A DNA stretch of 64,000 bases, from positions 3,904,001 to 3,968,000 of the forward strand of contig CBDBGH010000003.1 in NCBI GenBank assembly GCA_965205265.1. Direction: 5' to 3'. How positions within the stretch are numbered: position 1 is the first letter of the stretch; each line of letters begins with the position of its first letter. Source of the stretch: Alphaproteobacteria bacterium (GTDB taxonomy: Bacteria; Pseudomonadota; Alphaproteobacteria; Bin95). Under the pieces are notes generated by a model. The model did no database searches. It was not told where the DNA came from and was given only the letters and a program-made list of their open reading frames with translations. Positions 10,252 through 20,528 of the stretch are shown piece by piece. The position numbers and the translations under genes were made by a program.

Positions 10252-10973
10252 GGCATGGCGTCGCGCGCTGCTTCCACGAAGGCCTCGACGATGCGCGCGT
10301 CGCCGGGGTCGATATGGAACTCCGGGTGCCACTGCACGCCGAGGCAGAAGCGGTAGCCCGGCGCCTCGATGCCCTCGATCACGCCGTCCGGCGCGCGCGC
10401 ATTGACGATGACGCCCGGCGGCTCGTCGGCGGCGGCCTGGTGGTGGGCGCTGTTGACGCTGAGCGGCCCCGCCCCGACGATCTCCGCCAGCCGCGTGCCG
10501 GGCCGGACGGCGACCTCGTGGCCGGGCTCGGTGCGCGGGTTCGCCTGCTCATGGGCGAGCGCGCCCGGCACCTCGTCCGGGATATGCTGGATCAGCCGCC
10601 CGCCCAGCGCCACATGCAGCAATTGCTGGCCGCCGCAAATCCCGAGCAACGGCATGTCGCGGGCGAGCGCGCCCTCCACCATGGCGAGCTCGAAATCGGT
10701 GCGCCCGGGCTTGAGCGAGACGGTCTCGTGCCGTTCCGCCGCGCCGAACAGCGCCGGATCGACGTCGAAGGCCCCGCCCGTGACCATGAGCCCGTCTATG
10801 CGGTCGAGATAGGCCCCGGCATGGGTCCTTTCATGCGGCAGCAGCAGGGGGATGGCGCCGGCCGCGCTCACCGCGCCCGCATAGTTGCAGCGCAGCGCAT
10901 ACCACGGCAGGCTGGAATAGCCGCCGGCGGGTTCCCGATCGACGGTAAGGCCGATGACTGGAAGGCGCGCCAT
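10248..10973 (-). CDS. Gamma-glutamyl-gamma-aminobutyrate hydrolase family (peptidase C26)
   Basis: LGICGGQQ, VNSAHHQA, GVQWHPE triad motifs. Confidence 0.9.
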   Translation of the reverse strand: MARLPVIGLTVDREPAGGYSSLPWYALRCNYAGAVSAAGAIPLLLPHERTHAGAYLDRIDGLMVTGGAFDVDPALFGAAERHETVSLKPGRTDFELAMVEGALARDMPLLGICGGQQLLHVALGGRLIQHIPDEVPGALAHEQANPRTEPGHEVAVRPGTRLAEIVGAGPLSVNSAHHQAAADEPPGVIVNARAPDGVIEGIEAPGYRFCLGVQWHPEFHIDPGDARIVEAFVEAARDAMP

Positions 10974-11001
10974 GGCGCCCATCTACACGCTTCGCCGGGC
11001 A

Positions 11002-11439
11002 ATGCAACGGGCGCTTCGGCTGGCGGAGGCGGCCGCGGCCCGCACGCCCGCCGATGCGCCGGTGGGCGCGGTGCTGCTGAGCGCGGACGGAACGGCGCTG
11101 GCGGAGGCGCATAACGAGGTCGAGGCGGCAGCCGACCCGACGGCCCATGCGGAGATGCTGGCGCTCCGCCGGGGTGCCGCCAGGCTCGGCCGGCCGCGCC
11201 TCGACGGCTGCACCCTAGTCGTCACGCTCGAGCCCTGCGCAATGTGCGCGCAGGCGGCAGCGCACGCCCGGATCGCGCGGCTCGTCTTCGGCGCCTGGGA
11301 CCCGAAGGGCGGCGGCGTGGACCACGGCGCGCGCGTCTTCGACCGCGAAACCTGCACCCACCGCCCGGAAGTCTTGGGCGGCCTGATGGAAGCCGAAGCC
11401 GCCGCCCTGCTGACGGCGTTTTTTCGTGCGCGGCGGTAG
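11002..11439 (+). CDS. tadA: tRNA adenosine deaminase / nucleoside deaminase
   Basis: PVGAVL, DPTAHAEM, TLEPCAMC, FGAWDPKGG; start could be 10972. Confidence 0.85.
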   Translation: MQRALRLAEAAAARTPADAPVGAVLLSADGTALAEAHNEVEAAADPTAHAEMLALRRGAARLGRPRLDGCTLVVTLEPCAMCAQAAAHARIARLVFGAWDPKGGGVDHGARVFDRETCTHRPEVLGGLMEAEAAALLTAFFRARR

Positions 11440-11651
11440 TGCGCGGCTCGACCCGCGAAAGTCTCCCGGCCCCCAAACGTCGCCCCGGACCCCGATCCGG
11501 GGCCTCGTGCAACAAGGGCAATGCTGGACGGAGACCCCGGCTCGACGCTGGTGCGCCGTCCGGGGTGACGCAAGAAGCGTGAGGACCGCCAGCCGCTTGA
11601 CGGCGCCGGGCGGGCGTTCCATAAGGACGGCGATGCCGGCTTTGCGCCGGC

Positions 11652-11705
11652 TCCGCGGGATTTGATCGGGCAGCTTGCAGCCGCGTCACCAAGTGCTAAA
11701 GCGCC
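11652..11705 (+). ncRNA. SAM-II (SAM-alpha) riboswitch
   Basis: CGCGG-GATTTG...CTTGCAG-CCGCG...AAGT-GCTAAA fits the alphaproteobacterial SAM-II pseudoknot; lies directly upstream of metZ. Confidence 0.85.
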
Positions 11706-11755
11706 ACGGAAAGCGTTTCCGTGGGCCCGCCAACCGGCAACCCAGGGAGACGCTC

Positions 11756-12976
11756 ATGCCCCGATTGCCCGACCCGCTCCATGCGGACACGACCGCCGTT
11801 CACGGCGGCATCCAGCGCAGCCAGTTCGACGAGACCGCCGAGGCCCTCTACCTCACCTCCGGCTATGTCTACGGCACGGCCGAGGAGGCCGCCGAGGCCT
11901 TCGACGGCGAGCGCGACCGCTACATCTACAGCCGCTACGGCAACCCGACGGTGCAGATGTTCATCGACCGGCTGTGCGCCATCGAGGGCGCGGAGGCGGG
12001 CGCGGCGATGGCGAGCGGCATGTCGGCCGTGTTCACCGCGCTCATCGCGCTCTTGCGCAGCGGCGACCGGCTGGTCGGCTCGCGGGCGCTGTTCGGCTCC
12101 TGCGCCCATATCTGCACCCATATCCTGCCGCGCTACGGCATCGAGACGGAGCTTATCGACGGCAATGACCGGGCGGCCTGGGAGCGGGCGCTCTCGCAGC
12201 CGGCGAAGGCGGTGTTCCTGGAGACGCCCACCAACCCGCAGCTCGACATCATCGACTTGAAGGCGGTCTCGGAGCTGGCGCATGCCGCGGGCGCGCAGGT
12301 GGTCATCGACAATGTGTTCGCGACGCCGCTGCTGCAGAAGCCGCTGGAGCTCGGCGCCGACGTGGTCGTCTATTCCGCCACCAAGCATATCGACGGGCAG
12401 GGCCGCTGCCTCGGCGGGGCGATCCTCGGCACGCGGAAATTCTGCAACGAGGACCTCCAGCCCTTCATCCGCCATACCGGCCCCAGCATGAGCCCCTTCA
12501 ACGCCTGGGTGCTGCTCAAGGGCCTGGAGACGCTGGCGGTCCGGGTCGAGCGCCAGTGCCGCACGGCGATGGAGGTCGCGCGCTGGCTGGAGGGCCGCGC
12601 CGGCGTGAAGCGGGTCATCTACCCCTTCCTCGATTCCCACCCGCAGGCGGCGCTCGCGCGCCGGCAGATGAAGGACGGCGGCACCGTCGTCACCTTCGAG
12701 ATCGAGGGCGGGCGGGGGCAGGCGTTCGCCCTCCTGAACGCGCTCCGCCTCATCCCGATCTCCAACAATCTGGGCGACGCCAAGAGCATCGTCACGCACC
12801 CGGCCTCGACGACCCACCACCGGATCGGGGCGGAAGGCCGCGCCGCCGTCGGCATCGGCGAGGACATGATCCGCCTCTCCCTCGGCCTCGAACACGGGCC
12901 GGACCTCATCCGCGACCTCGATCGCGCCATCGCCGCCGCCGGCCTCGGGACGGGCTGCCGGGGGCGGGAGATGTAG
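11756..12976 (+). CDS. metZ: O-succinylhomoserine sulfhydrylase
   Basis: ETAEALYLTSGY, YSRYGNPT, YSATKHIDGQGR, ISNNLGDAKS. Confidence 0.93.
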   Translation: MPRLPDPLHADTTAVHGGIQRSQFDETAEALYLTSGYVYGTAEEAAEAFDGERDRYIYSRYGNPTVQMFIDRLCAIEGAEAGAAMASGMSAVFTALIALLRSGDRLVGSRALFGSCAHICTHILPRYGIETELIDGNDRAAWERALSQPAKAVFLETPTNPQLDIIDLKAVSELAHAAGAQVVIDNVFATPLLQKPLELGADVVVYSATKHIDGQGRCLGGAILGTRKFCNEDLQPFIRHTGPSMSPFNAWVLLKGLETLAVRVERQCRTAMEVARWLEGRAGVKRVIYPFLDSHPQAALARRQMKDGGTVVTFEIEGGRGQAFALLNALRLIPISNNLGDAKSIVTHPASTTHHRIGAEGRAAVGIGEDMIRLSLGLEHGPDLIRDLDRAIAAAGLGTGCRGREM

Positions 12977-13023
12977 CGGCAGGCGTCCTTCCGCAGACCT
13001 TCGCGGGTCCGGTACATGGGCTG

Positions 13024-13380
13024 CTACGCCGCCATCACCCGCTGGAGCGAATGGCGCCGGTTGCGGGTGTGCGGGCGCACCTCGCCGGGCCAGCGCCCGC
13101 GCTCGACCGCCTCCGCCCACGCCGCGCTCTTCATGACGTCGGGGCTTTCGATCTCGTAGATGGCGTGCCATGTCGGGGTCTCGCCGCGTGCCACGGACCT
13201 GAGCTCGCCGCCCATCGACACCTCGAAGTCCAGCGCCTTCAGGCGCGTGACCGCTATCACGCCCGGCACCTCCAGCAGGTAGGGCACGTGCTCGGTGTCG
13301 TAGACTTCGTTGAACAGATCCTCCTTCTCCGGGTCCACATCCATGCTTGCGATGAAGACGTAGCGGGTGCCGATGGGCAT
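13024..13380 (-). CDS. EthD/DUF4286-like dimeric alpha-beta barrel protein
   Basis: MDVDPEKEDLFNEVYDTEHVPYLLEVPGV pattern; RBS GAGGAG. Confidence 0.7.
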   Translation of the reverse strand: MPIGTRYVFIASMDVDPEKEDLFNEVYDTEHVPYLLEVPGVIAVTRLKALDFEVSMGGELRSVARGETPTWHAIYEIESPDVMKSAAWAEAVERGRWPGEVRPHTRNRRHSLQRVMAA

Positions 13381-13552
13381 GTCGGTGCTCCTCGTTTGCG
13401 GACGGCCAAGCGTACCCGATCGGCGTCCAATCTGCGCGCCGGACAAGAGCCTCGTCGAATTGGCCAACGAACAATGGCTCCGGCGCCCGCAATTCGCCCG
13501 AAGCCGGCCGCAGGGTTGCCGGCCTCGGGCCGGGAACGGCGGCGCGGGCGCC

Positions 13553-14575
13553 TTACTGCCGCGCCTTCACGGCCTCGCCCGCATCCCAGGCATCGACATG
13601 GCTGAGCAGGAGCGGGGAGAACGCGAAGGAAATCCGGCCGGGCGCGGGGATATGCGCATGGAGACCGTCTGCCGCGAGCGCTGCGGCCAGTTCCCCGGCA
13701 TGCGCGCGCGCCAGCACGACATGCGCGCTGCGGGAGGCGGGCGCGAGCGGGTCCGGTTCGCCGAGTGCGCCCAGAAATACCGCCGCGAGCGTGCGGGCCT
13801 TCCAGCCGAGCGCCTCGATATCGGCGCCGGCGAGCCTGTCGAGCGCGCCGTCGAGCGCCGCGAGCGCCAGCGCGGACGGCGCGGGCAGCGCTTCCAGCGC
13901 GCCGGCGAACGCGCCCGCGGCATGGACCCAGGCCGGCGCGCCGGGTCCGCCGCAGAGGAAGCCGCAGCCCCGCCCGACCGCCGCCTCCACGCCCGAGCGC
14001 TCCAGCGCGGCCGGCAGCACGCCCGCCGTCTCCGAGAGGTCGAAGGCGGCGAGCGCGCCGGCCTCGCGGGCCTGCCGGGCAAGCGCGGCGATGTCGCGAA
14101 GCGCGCCCGTCGCCGGGTCGAGGCGGCGGGCCAGCAGCAGCGTGTCGCCGTCGAGCCCGGCCTCGGGCGTCTCGGCTTCCGCGACGGCGCGGCCCTGCGC
14201 GGCGAGCCGGGCCAGCAGGGCGGGAAATTCGCCCGGCGCGGCGAGAACGCGCTGGCGGCCGGCAGCGAAGGCGGCGTCGGCGAGCACTTCCAGCGCATCG
14301 TTTGCCGTGGCGGCGAAGCCGAGCCGCTCCGGCGGCGCGCCCAGAAGCGGCGCCAGCTTCTCCGCCGCCGCCCCGGCAAGCCCGCCGCCGTCGGAGAAGC
14401 CCGCGCCCCACTCGACATGCATGAAGCTTGCGAGCCGCGCCCTCGCCTCGCGGGTCAGCGGCCCCAGCCGGTCGCTGTCGAGGCGCAGCGTCCCGGCCGG
14501 CACGAGGAAGCCGTCGCGCAGATAGGCGAGCGGGTCGCCGGCATCCAGCGCCATGCAGTCCGCCCGCGCCGTCAT
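13553..14575 (-). CDS. Kynureninase-like protein, degenerate active site
   Basis: N-term ALDAGDPLAYLRDGF, DLSETAGVLP, GGPGAPA, FSPL..SHVDAWDA resemble KynU, but the PLP Lys is absent. Confidence 0.75.
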   Translation of the reverse strand: MTARADCMALDAGDPLAYLRDGFLVPAGTLRLDSDRLGPLTREARARLASFMHVEWGAGFSDGGGLAGAAAEKLAPLLGAPPERLGFAATANDALEVLADAAFAAGRQRVLAAPGEFPALLARLAAQGRAVAEAETPEAGLDGDTLLLARRLDPATGALRDIAALARQAREAGALAAFDLSETAGVLPAALERSGVEAAVGRGCGFLCGGPGAPAWVHAAGAFAGALEALPAPSALALAALDGALDRLAGADIEALGWKARTLAAVFLGALGEPDPLAPASRSAHVVLARAHAGELAAALAADGLHAHIPAPGRISFAFSPLLLSHVDAWDAGEAVKARQ

Positions 14576-15381
14576 CGGTCCGCGAACAGCAGTTCGGCCG
14601 CGCGCCGGGCCATGCCCGCATTGTCGTGGCCGACGCCGGGGGCGGTGTGCAGCTCCCAGGCGAAGGGCGCGGGCAGGAGGCGCGCCATGTCCTCGCCCGC
14701 GGCGTAGAAATACCGGCCGCGGGCCAGGCGGTGCGGCCCCTGCGCCATCGCTTCCGGCGATTTCAGCAGCATGGGCGCGTCGGTGACGGTGTCTTCCTCG
14801 CCGAGCAGCACCATGAGCCGCACGGAGAGGGCGGCGGCGAGCGCCTCGTCGTCCATGGCGAGTCCCGTGAGGCCGTAGGGATAGCGCTCCTCCTCGCGCG
14901 GCACGGTGTAGGCGCCGGCATTGGCGGCCACGGCCGCCTCGATGCGCGCGCGCCGCGCGAACAGCGCCATGCGGTGGACGAACTGCCCGCCGGCGGAATG
15001 GCCGTAGAGAAAATAGCGCCGGGCTTCCGCGCCGCTCCAGGCGCAGGCGGCGTCGAAGGCGCTCTCGACCACGCCGAAGCTCCAGTCTTCCTCCGGCAGG
15101 AAGGCGCGCCGGTCCGGCGTGCGCATATTGCCGACCTCGTATTCGCGCGGGCCCGGAAACTGCTCGCGGTCGAATTCGGGCGCCGCGACCAGCACACGAT
15201 GGCGCTCGGCATGCTCGGCCCAGACATCGCGGTAGTCGGCGGCATTGCGCCGGTAGCCGTGCAGCACGACCAGCACCGGATCGGCCGGCCGCCAGGCCGC
15301 CGGCCGCCAGAGATGGGTGCGGACGGCGACATCTCCCTCGGTCGGACGGCGGTGCGGAACGGTGATCTCCGCCGCGCTCAC
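14572..15381 (-). CDS. Alpha/beta hydrolase
   Basis: VLHGYRRNA, GHSAGGQF nucleophile elbow, PGVGHD; GTG start overlaps upstream stop. Confidence 0.85.
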   Translation of the reverse strand: MSAAEITVPHRRPTEGDVAVRTHLWRPAAWRPADPVLVVLHGYRRNAADYRDVWAEHAERHRVLVAAPEFDREQFPGPREYEVGNMRTPDRRAFLPEEDWSFGVVESAFDAACAWSGAEARRYFLYGHSAGGQFVHRMALFARRARIEAAVAANAGAYTVPREEERYPYGLTGLAMDDEALAAALSVRLMVLLGEEDTVTDAPMLLKSPEAMAQGPHRLARGRYFYAAGEDMARLLPAPFAWELHTAPGVGHDNAGMARRAAELLFADR

Positions 15382-16211
15382 CGCCTCGCCTCGGTCACGT
15401 CCGTGCCGGAATACACGGCGCCCAGCATACGCTGCATCGCCGCCGTGTGGGCCGCGCAGGCCGCCGCGTCGAGGTCGGCCGCCGGCCGGGGCTCGAGCTC
15501 GAAATGCCCGTAGCGGTCCTCGCCGCGCACCAGGGTCGCGGAATCGTCGAGTTTCACCTGGCGCACATAGGTCGGGATGTAGCGGACCGCGAGGCCGATC
15601 CGCCGGTCCGCCACGCGGTTCGGCTTCGAGCCGTGCACGAGGCGGATATGGTGGAGCGAGAACTCGCCGGCCCGGAGCGGCGCATCCACGGCCAGCGCCT
15701 CGTCCACCTCCATCTCGATTTCCTGCCCGCGCGTCAGCAGGTTGTCCTCGGCGAAGCTGTCGGTGTGCGCCATCTGGTCGAGCTTGTGCGAGCCCGGCAG
15801 GAAGCGCATCGGGCCGCTCTCGAGCGGCGCGTCGGAGAGCGCCACCCAGGCGGTGACGACATCGTGGGGGTCGAGCCCCCAATAGGTCGAATCCTGGTGC
15901 CAGGAGACGAAGGCCGGGTCGTTCGCCTCCTTGATGAAGAAATTGGTCGTCCAGCAAAGCAGGTCCGGCCCCAGCAGGTCCTCCACCGCGTCGAGGATGC
16001 GCGGATGGTGGACGATCTCGTCCGCCCAGCGGAACAGCAGGTGGACCTTGTGGCGCATATTGGAATGGATCGCGTCGCCGGTCCCGGCCTCATAGGCCTC
16101 CAGCCCGTCGCGGTAGCGCCGCGCCTCAGCCGCGGAAAAGGCGCTGAGCGGAAACACGTAGCCGTCGCGGGCATAGGCCTCGATCTGGGCCTCGGTCAGC
16201 AATTTGCCCAT
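15378..16211 (-). CDS. Phytanoyl-CoA dioxygenase (PhyH) family protein
   Basis: SWHQDSTYW, VTAWVAL, HGSKPN...RRIG. Confidence 0.92.
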   Translation of the reverse strand: MGKLLTEAQIEAYARDGYVFPLSAFSAAEARRYRDGLEAYEAGTGDAIHSNMRHKVHLLFRWADEIVHHPRILDAVEDLLGPDLLCWTTNFFIKEANDPAFVSWHQDSTYWGLDPHDVVTAWVALSDAPLESGPMRFLPGSHKLDQMAHTDSFAEDNLLTRGQEIEMEVDEALAVDAPLRAGEFSLHHIRLVHGSKPNRVADRRIGLAVRYIPTYVRQVKLDDSATLVRGEDRYGHFELEPRPAADLDAAACAAHTAAMQRMLGAVYSGTDVTEARR

Positions 16212-16235
16212 GGGTCTTTCCTTGCTGCTGGCGGT

Positions 16236-16736
16236 TCAGTTGCCGGTGAGGCGCGGCGTGACGGGGCGCCAGAGGCGCCCGCCGGGCGGCGCGTCGGGCT
16301 TGCCGGCGATGGCCCAGCCGCGCCAGGCGACGGTCCGGTCGAGGCCGGCGCAGCGGAGCCAGTCGAGATCGAATCCCGGGCAGTCCGCCGGCCCGTCGGC
16401 GGAGTCGACGACCGCCAGAAAGGCGTCCTCCGGCACTTCCGGCAGTGTGTGAAGGCCGTCGAACAGGTTGCGCGACCAGTCGATGATGTCCGCCTGCCAT
16501 TCCCCGAAACCGCCGCCGCCCGCGCCGCGGTAAGTCGCCCGGTCGAAGAATTCCGTCCCCGGCACGGTATGCACCGCAAGCCAGGGCGCCGGCCCGTCGT
16601 CCACCGCGCGGAAACGCTGCGAGGCCTCGAAACCGGGAAGGGCCAGCAGCGAAGCCAGTTTCGGTCCGCTGTACCATTCGGACCAGGCCGCCTCGCGCGA
16701 CCGGTCCCTGAAGCCGCACTCCACCATGTAAAGCAT
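16236..16736 (-). CDS. Hypothetical protein (EthD-like N-terminal half)
   Basis: MLYMVEC...EAAWSEWY...LLALPGFEASQRF; codon usage fits the genome. Confidence 0.65.
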   Translation of the reverse strand: MLYMVECGFRDRSREAAWSEWYSGPKLASLLALPGFEASQRFRAVDDGPAPWLAVHTVPGTEFFDRATYRGAGGGGFGEWQADIIDWSRNLFDGLHTLPEVPEDAFLAVVDSADGPADCPGFDLDWLRCAGLDRTVAWRGWAIAGKPDAPPGGRLWRPVTPRLTGN

Positions 16737-16779
16737 GAATGCGAGTATAGAAGCGCGCTGCGGGAGGCGAAAGCAGGGC

Positions 16780-17352
16780 ATGGCCGAAGGCGGGATGAAC
16801 TGGAGCGGCTATTATGCGAAGACACGGGGCCGGCCGCCGCGCCCGACGCTCCTGGAGGCGCTGGCGCGCTTCGGCGGGCGCGCCGGCCTTGCCGTCGATC
16901 TCGGCATAGGCGGCGGACGCGACGCGGCGGAGATGCTGGCGCGGGGCTGGCATGTGGTTGGCATCGACAGCGAGCCCGCCGTGCTGGCGCTGCCGCGCCA
17001 TCCCCGGCTGACGGTCAGGCGGGAGGCGTTCGAGACCGCGATGCTGCCGCGGGCGGACCTCGTGAATGCGAGCTTCAGCCTGCCCTTCTGCCCCCCGGAC
17101 GCCTTCCCGGCGTTCTGGCAGCGCATCGCGGCGGCGCTCACTCCCGGCGGACGCTTCGCCGGCCAGTTCTTCGGCCCCCGCGACGGCTGGTTCGGAGACC
17201 CCGGCATTACCTTCCTTGCCGAATCCGAGGTCCGGGCCCTGCTCGCCCCCTTCGCCATCGAACGTTTCGACGAGGAGGAAGACGACGCCGAAACCCCGCG
17301 CGGCGCCATGAAGCACTGGCACATCTTCCACGTCGTGGCGCGGAAGCTGTGA
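16780..17352 (+). CDS. Class I SAM-dependent methyltransferase
   Basis: AVDLGIGGGRD, VNASFSLPF, LTPGGRF. Confidence 0.85.
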   Translation: MAEGGMNWSGYYAKTRGRPPRPTLLEALARFGGRAGLAVDLGIGGGRDAAEMLARGWHVVGIDSEPAVLALPRHPRLTVRREAFETAMLPRADLVNASFSLPFCPPDAFPAFWQRIAAALTPGGRFAGQFFGPRDGWFGDPGITFLAESEVRALLAPFAIERFDEEEDDAETPRGAMKHWHIFHVVARKL

Positions 17353-17359
17353 GAGCCCG

Positions 17360-18094
17360 CTACACCGCCTCCACAATCAAAACGAGGCCGGAGAGGCAGA
17401 GGAGGCCGGTTACGATGCGGTGGAAGAGCGCGGCGTCGATGCGGCGATAGAGGCGGGCGCCCGTCCAGGCGGCGGCGAGTGCCACCGGCAGGCAGATCGC
17501 GGCGGCCGTCAGCGCGGCGAGGTCCATGGCGCCCGAGACGGCCATCGCCGCGGCCGCCAGCGCCAGCACGACGAGGTTGAAGGGCTGGTAAACGGCGCGC
17601 TGGGCGTCGGCGCTGCCGCCCCGGAGCCTCAGCCAGATCACCGGCAGCGGGCCCGAGAGCCCGGCGAAGCCGCCGAGCGCGCCGCCGCCGAGCCCGATTG
17701 CGGCGTCGGCCGCGCGCGAGGGCGGCGGCGAGGGCAGCCGCCCCGCCAGTGTAATCGCGGTATAGCCGACCAGCAGCAGCCCGACGGCAAGCCGCAGCAG
17801 GTCGGGCGAGGCGACCGCAAGCGCCGCCACGCCGAGCGGCACCCCGGCGATGCCGCCCAGAAGGTAGGGTCCGGCGCGGCGCCGGTCGAAGGCATGGCGC
17901 ACGAAGAGCGACGCCACCGCCTGCCCGCCGACGGAGACGAGCGCGACCAGCGGCGGCACCGTCCCCGGCTCCAGCGCGTGGAACCACACGCCTGCGGCCG
18001 CCAGCCCCGTGCCGAAGCCGGCGAGGCCCGTCACGAAGCCGCCGGCGAGCGCCCCCAGCAGCAGGAAGGGAAGCGCAGCGACATCAAGCTCCAT
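17360..18094 (-). CDS. Sulfite exporter TauE/SafE family membrane protein
   Basis: GFVTGLAGFG and GALGGFAGLSGP repeats; multiple TM helices. Confidence 0.85.
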   Translation of the reverse strand: MELDVAALPFLLLGALAGGFVTGLAGFGTGLAAAGVWFHALEPGTVPPLVALVSVGGQAVASLFVRHAFDRRRAGPYLLGGIAGVPLGVAALAVASPDLLRLAVGLLLVGYTAITLAGRLPSPPPSRAADAAIGLGGGALGGFAGLSGPLPVIWLRLRGGSADAQRAVYQPFNLVVLALAAAAMAVSGAMDLAALTAAAICLPVALAAAWTGARLYRRIDAALFHRIVTGLLCLSGLVLIVEAV

Positions 18095-18136
18095 GGCAGA
18101 CTGCCGGCGCGAGCGCGGACAAAGGAGGGGCCGGCG

Positions 18137-19336
18137 TCAGGCGAGTCGGGCCATCGCGCGGGCGATGCGCCGGCCGGCCTCCTCCAGCCGGTCGAGCGGG
18201 GCCGCATAGCTCACCCGGACATGCGGCGAGAGGCCGTAGGAGGCGCCCTGCACCACGGCCACATGCGCCTCTTCCACCAGATAGTCCGTCACCGCCGTGT
18301 CGTCCTCGAGCCGCTTGCCGGCAGGCGTGCGGGCGCCGATGGCCGAGGCGACGGAGGGATAGACATACATCGCCCCTTCCGGCGCATGGCAGGGCAGGCC
18401 CGCTTCGTTGAGCGCGGCGACCATCAGGTCGCGGCGCTCGCGCATGACCTGCCGGCGCTCCTCGACGATGTCCTTCGGCCCGTCGAGCGCCGCCAGCGCC
18501 GCACTTTGCCCCACGGCATTCGGACAGGAGACGAGCTGGCCCTGGAGCTTGCCCATTTCCCGGACGATGTCGCGCGGGCCGCCGGCGAAGCCGACCCGGA
18601 AGCCGGTCATCGAATAGGCCTTGGAGACGCCGTTGATGGTGAGCGTGCGCGGGAAGAGTTCCGGGACCGCATTGGCCATCGTGGCGAGCGGCGCGTCCGT
18701 GTAGAGCAGGTGCTCGTAGATGTCGTCCGCCATCACATGCACATGGGGGTGCCGCGCCAGCACGGCGGCGAGCGCCTTCAGGTCCTCCGCGGAATAGGCC
18801 GCGCCCGAGGGATTGGAGGGCGAGTTGAGCGAGAGCCACTTGGTCTTCGGGCCGATCGTGGCCTCCAGGTCCTCCGGGAGCAGCCGGAAGCCGTTCTGCT
18901 GCGGGCAGGAGACCGGCACCGGCACACCGCCGGCGAGCCGCACAAGGTCCTCATAGGCGCCCCAGAAGGGCGCCGGCAGGATCACCTCGTCGCCCGGCGC
19001 CAGCGTGGCGAGGAAGGCGCAGGAGATCGCCGCCTTGGCGCCCGTGGTCGCCAGCACCTCGTCGGCGGCGTAGTCGAGGCCGTTCTCGCGGCTGAACTTG
19101 CGCCGGATCGCCTCCTTGAACTCGGGCGTGCCGTCGCGGTTGGTATAGCCGACGACGCCGTTCGCCATCGCCTTCTCCGCCGCTTTGCGCACATGGTCCG
19201 GCGGCGGGAAGTCGGGCTGCCCGATGGTGAGGTTGATGACATCGATGCCGTCGACCGCCATGGCGCGGGCGCGCATCGCGGCGTTCTGGCTGGCGGAGGC
19301 CTTGAAGCGGCGCATCCTGGGCGCAATGATCGACAT
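18137..19336 (-). CDS. PLP-dependent class I (aspartate-type) aminotransferase
   Basis: LNSPSNPSG, DDIYEH, NGVSKAYSMTGFRVG. Confidence 0.93.
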   Translation of the reverse strand: MSIIAPRMRRFKASASQNAAMRARAMAVDGIDVINLTIGQPDFPPPDHVRKAAEKAMANGVVGYTNRDGTPEFKEAIRRKFSRENGLDYAADEVLATTGAKAAISCAFLATLAPGDEVILPAPFWGAYEDLVRLAGGVPVPVSCPQQNGFRLLPEDLEATIGPKTKWLSLNSPSNPSGAAYSAEDLKALAAVLARHPHVHVMADDIYEHLLYTDAPLATMANAVPELFPRTLTINGVSKAYSMTGFRVGFAGGPRDIVREMGKLQGQLVSCPNAVGQSAALAALDGPKDIVEERRQVMRERRDLMVAALNEAGLPCHAPEGAMYVYPSVASAIGARTPAGKRLEDDTAVTDYLVEEAHVAVVQGASYGLSPHVRVSYAAPLDRLEEAGRRIARAMARLA

Positions 19337-19402
19337 GGGAAACCCGCCCCTCCCGAGGCCTCGCAACGGCGCGGGTTATAGCACCGAAAGGAGAACCGCC
19401 CC

Positions 19403-20371
19403 ATGCCGGACAAGTCATCGCGCTGCATCACCGTGGCCGCCGCCCAGATGGGGCCCATCGCCCGCGCCGAGCCGCGCGCGCAGGTCGTCCGGCGCCTCGT
19501 TGCGATGATGCGCGAGGCGCATGGACGCGGCGCCGGGCTGGTGGTCTTCCCGGAGCTTGCGCTCACCACCTTCTTCCCGCGCTGGTTCATGGAAGACGAA
19601 GCGGAACTGGCCGCCTTCTACGAGGCGGAGATGCCGGGGCCGGAGACGCAGCCGCTCTTCGACACGGCCGCCGAACTGGGCGTCGGCTTCTATCTCGGCT
19701 ATGCGGAACTGGCGCAGGAAGGCGGGCGCGAGCGGCGCTACAACACGTCGATCCTCGTGGACCGGCAGGCGCGCATCGTCGGCAAATACCGCAAGGTGCA
19801 CCTGCCGGGCCACAGCGAATACGACCCGGCGCGGCCCTGGCAGCATCTGGAGAAGCGCTATTTCGAGGTGGGCGACCTCGGCTTCCCGGTCTGGCGGACG
19901 ATGGGCGGCGTGATGGGCATGGCGCTCTGCAACGACCGGCGCTGGCCGGAGACCTTCCGCGTGATGGGCATGAAGGGCGTGGAGCTGGTGATGCTCGGCT
20001 ACAACACGCCCGCCGCCAACTCGCTCGGGCCGGAGCCGCATCATGTGCGCATGCTGCACAACCATCTCTCCATGCAGGCCGGCGCCTACCAGAACGGCTG
20101 CTGGGTCGTGGGCGTTGCCAAGGCCGGCCATGAGGAAGGCTGCGACCTGATGGGCGGAAGCTGCATCGTCGCGCCGTCAGGCGAGATCGTGGCCCAGGCG
20201 CACACGCTGGAGGACGAGGTGGTCGCCTATAAATGCGACCTTGAGGAAGGCCGCTTCAACAAGCGGACGATCTTCAACTTCGCCGCCCACCGCCGCCCGG
20301 AGCATTACGGCATCATCACCGCGCAGACCGGCGCGACCGAACCCGCCGCGGAAGAAGGCGCTTCGCTGTAG
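19403..20371 (+). CDS. N-carbamoyl-D-amino acid hydrolase (nitrilase superfamily)
   Basis: FPELALTTFFPRW, KYRKVHLPGH, CNDRRWPE, GYNTP. Confidence 0.92.
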   Translation: MPDKSSRCITVAAAQMGPIARAEPRAQVVRRLVAMMREAHGRGAGLVVFPELALTTFFPRWFMEDEAELAAFYEAEMPGPETQPLFDTAAELGVGFYLGYAELAQEGGRERRYNTSILVDRQARIVGKYRKVHLPGHSEYDPARPWQHLEKRYFEVGDLGFPVWRTMGGVMGMALCNDRRWPETFRVMGMKGVELVMLGYNTPAANSLGPEPHHVRMLHNHLSMQAGAYQNGCWVVGVAKAGHEEGCDLMGGSCIVAPSGEIVAQAHTLEDEVVAYKCDLEEGRFNKRTIFNFAAHRRPEHYGIITAQTGATEPAAEEGASL

Positions 20372-20528
20372 TCGGGACTTCTCGCCAGGCGCGCGCGCCG
20401 GCAGACGGCGGCGCCGGGCCGGTACGGCATGTCGGTTCGCCTGTCCGCTATCCACCGGCCGCCGGCCGGGCTGTCGGCGCGCCGTGCGCCTCCTGTTATG
20501 TTCGGCGCATCGCGAGAGAGGCCGGGGC

